The notes below the pieces were generated by a model. It saw only the letters and a program-made list of their open reading frames with translations. It was not told where the DNA came from and made no database searches. The translations under genes were made by a program, and so were the position numbers. Positions 59,624-64,000 of a stretch of 64,000 bases of DNA are shown in pieces (the first letter of the stretch is position 1; each line of letters opens with the position of its first letter). This stretch comes from Tieghemostelium lacteum (lineage: Eukaryota): positions 143,758 to 207,757 of the forward strand of contig LODT01000042.1 in the NCBI GenBank assembly GCA_001606155.1, written 5' to 3'.

Positions 59624-61511
59624 CATCTATTGTAGACTGACTTAAATCATTTTCTAATAAATTTTGCAACTGTTGATTTTTCTCATTTTCTAGTTTTCTT
59701 TGTGACTCTAGTTCAATTTTTTCAGCTTGTAATCGTTCGTTTAACTCTCTGTCCTCTCTTTCTTTTCTGTCTTTTTCCTTTTTGATTTTGTCTAGTCTCT
59801 CTTTTTCCACTCTATCTCTTTCCAATTTTTCAAAAAGTAGTCTCTGAGTTTCTTTTAGTTCTAGATCCTTCTTTACTCTCTCTTTCTCCTTATTCTCATT
59901 TTCAATTCTTTCCAATTCTATTTGTTTCTCTTTTTCCAATCTTTCTTTCTCCAAGGTTTCCAATTGAATCTTTTCCTTCTGATCTGAATTTAATTTATGT
60001 ACACTTTCCAGATCTTCCAGTACCTGATTCTCAGTTTTTTTACTTGTATCCATATCCTCTAATATATTTTTCTGTTTCTCCTCAACCAATTCCTTTTCGG
60101 TTGTCATTATTTCATTTTCCTCGTTATTTGGTTTATCATCAGTTTCCATAGGGTCAGTAGTTGTAGTGTTTGCACACTCTTCCCATTCTATATTATCACC
60201 ACCACCAACACTATTAGAATCCATTTTATTATTACCAAATGATATATCAGACTCTAAATCAGAATTTAAATCCATTTCAATATCAGCAACCTTTTCACCT
60301 AATGTATTTTTATCGATATTTAATACTCCTATAAGAGGTGGTGAAATTGTTTTGGAGATGGATATAGATGGTGGTTCTATAACAACAGATTTCAGCTGTT
60401 GAGGTACTACTATAGAATCAACTTCTTTACTATCCATAGCACCAATATCACTTGATGAAGCTTTTGTACTATTATTACTATTGTCACTATTATCTATTGA
60501 CTTTGTATTCTCGTTGTTCGTCGACTTGTTTTCAATAGAATTTGAAGAACTTTGCATCATTTGCATTAAATCATTATCTAAATCAGATAGTCCATCAAAA
60601 CTTTCATCACTATTATTACTATTTACATTATTGTTATTATTTACATTACTAGATGAAGTTTGTAACATATTATCTAAAGATGAAAATATGTCAATATCAT
60701 CGTCACTATCATCATCATTATGAGATGTTTGTTGATTATTCTTTTTTCTATAGGAACCTCTTTTTTTGGAAGGTGTTGTGGGTTGTGTGGTGGGTGTAGG
60801 TGGTGTTTCAAATAGAGATACTGATGAAGGTGTAGATTGATATTTATCGTTATTCTGTCTTCGTAGAATCTCCAATTGAGATTTCATTGCATTGTACTGT
60901 GATTGAAAGTTATAGAATCTCTTTTTAAATTCTTTCAAGTTACTCTGTTTCTTTTCCTCTTTGAGTACATTGGCTTTCAGATTGTTGTAGTCAATGACTT
61001 TGGATTGCAATTGAGCTACCAGTACTTTAGCTTGACTGATATCATCTTCTTTTTGAACCAACTGACATTTCAGTGAATCCAATTCATTGTTCAACTGAGA
61101 GATCTTTTGTTGAAAATCAAAATTCTTGTTAATCTCATGTTCCAATTGCAACTGTAGTCCAGTTGAATTATCCTTCTCTTTTAGTACCTGTGCCTTCAAT
61201 TGTGAATAAGATTTCTTGTATGTCTTCAAAGTTTGATTCAGTCTGTATATCTCCTCATCCTGTTGTTTAATAATTTCAATAACTTTACTAGTTTGTATAA
61301 CTTTAGATTTTAACATTGTTATATTTTGATTTATAATCTCATCTTGTTCACCATTGTTGTTATTATTACTATTACCATTAGCACTATTATTGTTTATAGG
61401 TGAAACTTCATTTAAATTCCCTATTGCGATACTATTTTGATTAGAATCATTTAAATGAGCTTCAAACTCTGATCCAATTGAAAAAGTAGATTCAGTGTAT
61501 GGCTCATTCAT
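57167..61511 (-). CDS. Large (about 1400 aa) coiled-coil, low-complexity protein with a C-terminal alpha-helical domain. Exons are about 57167..57905 and 57970..61511, separated by a 64-nt intron.
   Basis: The N-terminus has heptad coiled coils (LKAQVLKEKDNSTGLQLQLEHEI..., and an E/K/R-rich segment ELERIENENKEKERVKKDLE...). It carries a 27-residue Asn run and Pro/Thr/Ser-rich linkers. A GTAAGT..TAG intron fuses track ORFs 57966..61511 and 57167..57895 in frame (…SKHLL|FSYYLVICKIL…). Confidence 0.55.
59560..59632. repeat. (ATT)n / (AAT)n trinucleotide microsatellite of about 24 units, encoding the poly-Asn run of the gene above.
   Basis: It is a perfect ATT repeat on the plus strand and is in frame as AAT (Asn) on the minus strand. 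Confidence 0.9.
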
Positions 61512-61877
61512 TTCTTCTTAAAAAATAGTGAAATTTGTAATATCTTTTTAACGACTAAATAAAAAAAACGAGGACAAAATTTAATTTTTAGGTTTAGTTT
61601 ATGAAATTTCAATAAAACACTTTTTATATTTATTTATAAATTAATTTATCACAGAATTAAAAATAAAAAGAAGACTTGAAGTTTTGATTTAAAATTTGAA
61701 TTTTTAATGTTGAAATTAATTAAAAATAATCAAAAAAGAATTTATTCAATTAATTCAAATTGAATTGAAAAGTCAGATTTTTTTTTTTTTTTTTAAATTT
61801 CATATTATTTTTTATATCTTGGATTCAATCATATTGTTATATAATATTATAATTATATTATTTATTTCAGAGAAGTA

Positions 61878-64000
61878 ATGGATTTTAAAGAAGTAAAAAA
61901 TGAATTAATATTTTTTTTAAATGGTGAAAAAGTAGTAATTAATCAACCAAATCCAGAATTGACATTGTTACAGTATGTCAGATCAATAGGATTGACAGGT
62001 AGTAAACTAGGATGTGGTGAAGGTGGTTGTGGAGCATGTACAGTTATGATATCACACTATTCACAGAAACAAGACCATATCATTCACAGATCTGTCAATG
62101 CATGTCTATTCCCACTGTGTGCAGCAGCAGGATGTGCAGTTGTAACTATTGAAGGTCTTGGAAATGTCAGAGACGGACTACATCCCGTGCAATCTGCAAT
62201 ATCAGAGGCAAACGGATCACAATGTGGGTTCTGTACACCAGGTATCGTTATGGCATTATACAGTTACCTTCGTTCGAATCCTAATGCAACTAAACATGAT
62301 ATTGAAGAATCTTTTGACGGTAATTTGTGTAGATGTACTGGATACCGTCCTTTACTAGACGCTGCAAAGTCATTCTCAGTGGATGATTTTGAAGTAGAGA
62401 AGGAGGTTAAGTTACCTTCTATAGCAACTGGTGAGTCAGAAGACACCAAATCAGATGGCGTTATGATTTGTCCAGGTACTGGTAAACCATGCGATTGTAA
62501 AAAGAAAACCACACATATTCCATCCAAACCTTTAGATTTGAAGGCTGAACCTATATTCCCACCATTTTTGATGAGTTATCACCTACCATCTCTGGAATTC
62601 AAAGGTCCCAGAGTGACATGGTACACTCCATCCACATTTGACGAATTACTCAAACTTAAAGCCCTACATGGAAACGCAAAAATTGTAGTGGGTAACACTG
62701 AGATTGGTATTGAAACTAAATTTAGAAATGTAGTATATCCTGTAATAATATCACCAACTAGAGTTGCAGAACTCAACCAAATTAGCTCAACTGACGATGG
62801 TATACATTTGGGAGCCTCTGTTACTCTCTCTGAATTTAGACAATATCTCCAGAGTGAGAACAACGCCTCTGGTAATGCACACAAACATCAGACTTCCAGA
62901 GCAATACTCTCTCAATTAAAATGGTTTGCAGGCAACCAAATTAGAAACGCTGCTTGTATTGGTGGAAATTTAGCAACTGCCTCACCAATTTCCGATTTGA
63001 ATCCGGTATTGTTGGCTGTAGGCGCTATCATAACTCTGGTGAGTCATGATGAGAATGGTCAGGTTGTTGAGAGAAAGTGTCATATTGAGAACTTTTTCCT
63101 AAAGTATCGTGTGGTTGATATCAAACCTCAAGAAGTTATAAAATCAGTGTTCATTCCTTATACTAGAGATATGGAGTTTGTAGAGGCTTATAAGCAGTCC
63201 AGAAGAAGAGACGATGATATTGCTATTGTAAGTTGCTGTTTTAGAGTATTCTTTGAGAAGGTTGCTTCCCAAGACACCCAATTTAAGATTAAAGAATGTG
63301 TTTTTGCATATGGTGGTATGAATATCAAAGCTGTAACCTCACCAAAGACTCAAGAGTACCTGAAAGGACGTGTATGGTCTCAATCAGATCTCACTGAGAT
63401 TTACAATCTTCTCGAGCAGGATTTACCATTGGCACCTAATGCACCAGGTGGTATGATAGAGTATAGAAAATCACTGACCATTTCCTTCTTTTTCAAATAC
63501 TTTATTGCAGTAAGTCAACAATTGTATGCTATTTCAAATGATGCTCAATTGAAGTTTGATGATAGAGAGTTGTCAGCTAGTAAGAAGTACAGTAGAGAGA
63601 TCTCCAGAGGTGAGCAAACTTACCAGAATCATCCAACTCAATTCCCTATTACAGAGGCCCTTAAGCATCAGTCTGCTGATAAGCAAGTTACTGGTGAGGC
63701 TATTTATACAGATGATATACCCATTACATCTTTATATGCTGCTAAGGTTATGTCTGCTAAGGCTTATGCAAATATCAAGAGTATTGATGCCAGCAAAGCT
63801 TTGCAAGCCCCTGGTGTCAAGGCTTTCTATACTTATAAAGATATACCAGGAGCTAACCAACAAGGACCTGTATTTCAAGATGAAGAAATTCTGGTATCTA
63901 AACAAGCCCTATTCATGGGACATGCACTTGGTGTTATAATAGCAGAGACACATCAACAAGCTTTGGAAGCTTCAAAAATGGTTGTTGTAGAATACGAAGA
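61878..64000 (+). CDS. Xanthine dehydrogenase/oxidase, 5' partial. It runs off the right end of the window.
   Basis: A 2Fe-2S ferredoxin-type domain (GCGEGGCGACTV) is followed by a second Fe-S motif (CGFCTPGIVMALYSYL ... GNLCRCTGYRPLLDA) and then the FAD-binding domain (KIVVGNTEIGIETKF ... FAGNQIRNAACIGGNLATASPISDLNPVLLA). The reading frame is open from the ATG at 61878 to position 64000. Confidence 0.9.
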   Translation, partial: MDFKEVKNELIFFLNGEKVVINQPNPELTLLQYVRSIGLTGSKLGCGEGGCGACTVMISHYSQKQDHIIHRSVNACLFPLCAAAGCAVVTIEGLGNVRDGLHPVQSAISEANGSQCGFCTPGIVMALYSYLRSNPNATKHDIEESFDGNLCRCTGYRPLLDAAKSFSVDDFEVEKEVKLPSIATGESEDTKSDGVMICPGTGKPCDCKKKTTHIPSKPLDLKAEPIFPPFLMSYHLPSLEFKGPRVTWYTPSTFDELLKLKALHGNAKIVVGNTEIGIETKFRNVVYPVIISPTRVAELNQISSTDDGIHLGASVTLSEFRQYLQSENNASGNAHKHQTSRAILSQLKWFAGNQIRNAACIGGNLATASPISDLNPVLLAVGAIITLVSHDENGQVVERKCHIENFFLKYRVVDIKPQEVIKSVFIPYTRDMEFVEAYKQSRRRDDDIAIVSCCFRVFFEKVASQDTQFKIKECVFAYGGMNIKAVTSPKTQEYLKGRVWSQSDLTEIYNLLEQDLPLAPNAPGGMIEYRKSLTISFFFKYFIAVSQQLYAISNDAQLKFDDRELSASKKYSREISRGEQTYQNHPTQFPITEALKHQSADKQVTGEAIYTDDIPITSLYAAKVMSAKAYANIKSIDASKALQAPGVKAFYTYKDIPGANQQGPVFQDEEILVSKQALFMGHALGVIIAETHQQALEASKMVVVEYE

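Noticed and set aside
62262-62285. A tRNA T-loop-like sequence GTTCGAATCC, checked because dictyostelid retroelements often target tRNA genes
   Set aside because: It lies inside the conserved xanthine dehydrogenase coding frame (YLRSNPNAT) and has no complementary T-stem or acceptor stem, so it is a chance match.
1-64000. A search for CRISPR arrays, operon-like clusters, rRNA genes and prokaryotic defence islands
   Set aside because: The sequence is eukaryotic, with spliced genes, polyN/polyQ tracts and a retrotransposon. No direct-repeat/spacer arrays or rRNA-like conserved blocks are present.

Overview
This is AT-rich eukaryotic nuclear DNA with dictyostelid (social-amoeba) character: Asn/Gln/Thr-rich low-complexity coding tracts, short introns of roughly 60-80 nt with GTATGT or GTAAGT donors and AG acceptors, and compact intergenic spacing. 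It is not a prokaryotic locus, and I found no CRISPR arrays, operons, rRNA genes or convincing tRNA genes. The supplied ORF track uses alternative start codons (TTG and GTG appear as M), so several track start positions are not true ATG starts. The window begins inside a 5'-truncated Ty3/gypsy-type LTR retrotransposon, of which the RNase H, integrase and an Asn-rich tail are visible. About 30 host genes follow. Those I recognise with confidence are ESCRT-II Vps22/SNF8, a RhoGAP protein with WD40-like repeats, a CCR4/nocturnin-type EEP nuclease, a large-subunit catalase, a 7-bladed lactonase of the 6-phosphogluconolactonase family, major vault protein, a maestro-type HEAT-repeat protein, a FNIP-repeat protein, a GNAT acetyltransferase, the golgin CASP, an LRR ectodomain protein, a LAG1-type ceramide synthase and the 5' part of xanthine dehydrogenase. 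Six loci deserve a second look. Directly downstream of the retroelement sits a GC-elevated, spliced STAND/NB-ARC-like P-loop NTPase ORF with an in-frame stop just upstream of its Walker A motif. A 1230-aa protein carries RVSF, SILK-like and repeated MELT-like motifs, which is the architecture of the kinetochore scaffold KNL1/Spc105. A signal-peptide-bearing TadA/CDA-fold deaminase looks like a secreted nucleic-acid or nucleotide deaminase. Two B-box, coiled-coil, Kelch genes lie in inverted orientation about 11 kb apart. A divergent importin-alpha-like ARM protein lacks an IBB domain. A chymotrypsin-fold protease-like locus has a frame break between its His and Ser motifs. All exon boundaries were derived by eye and may be off by 1-2 nt.
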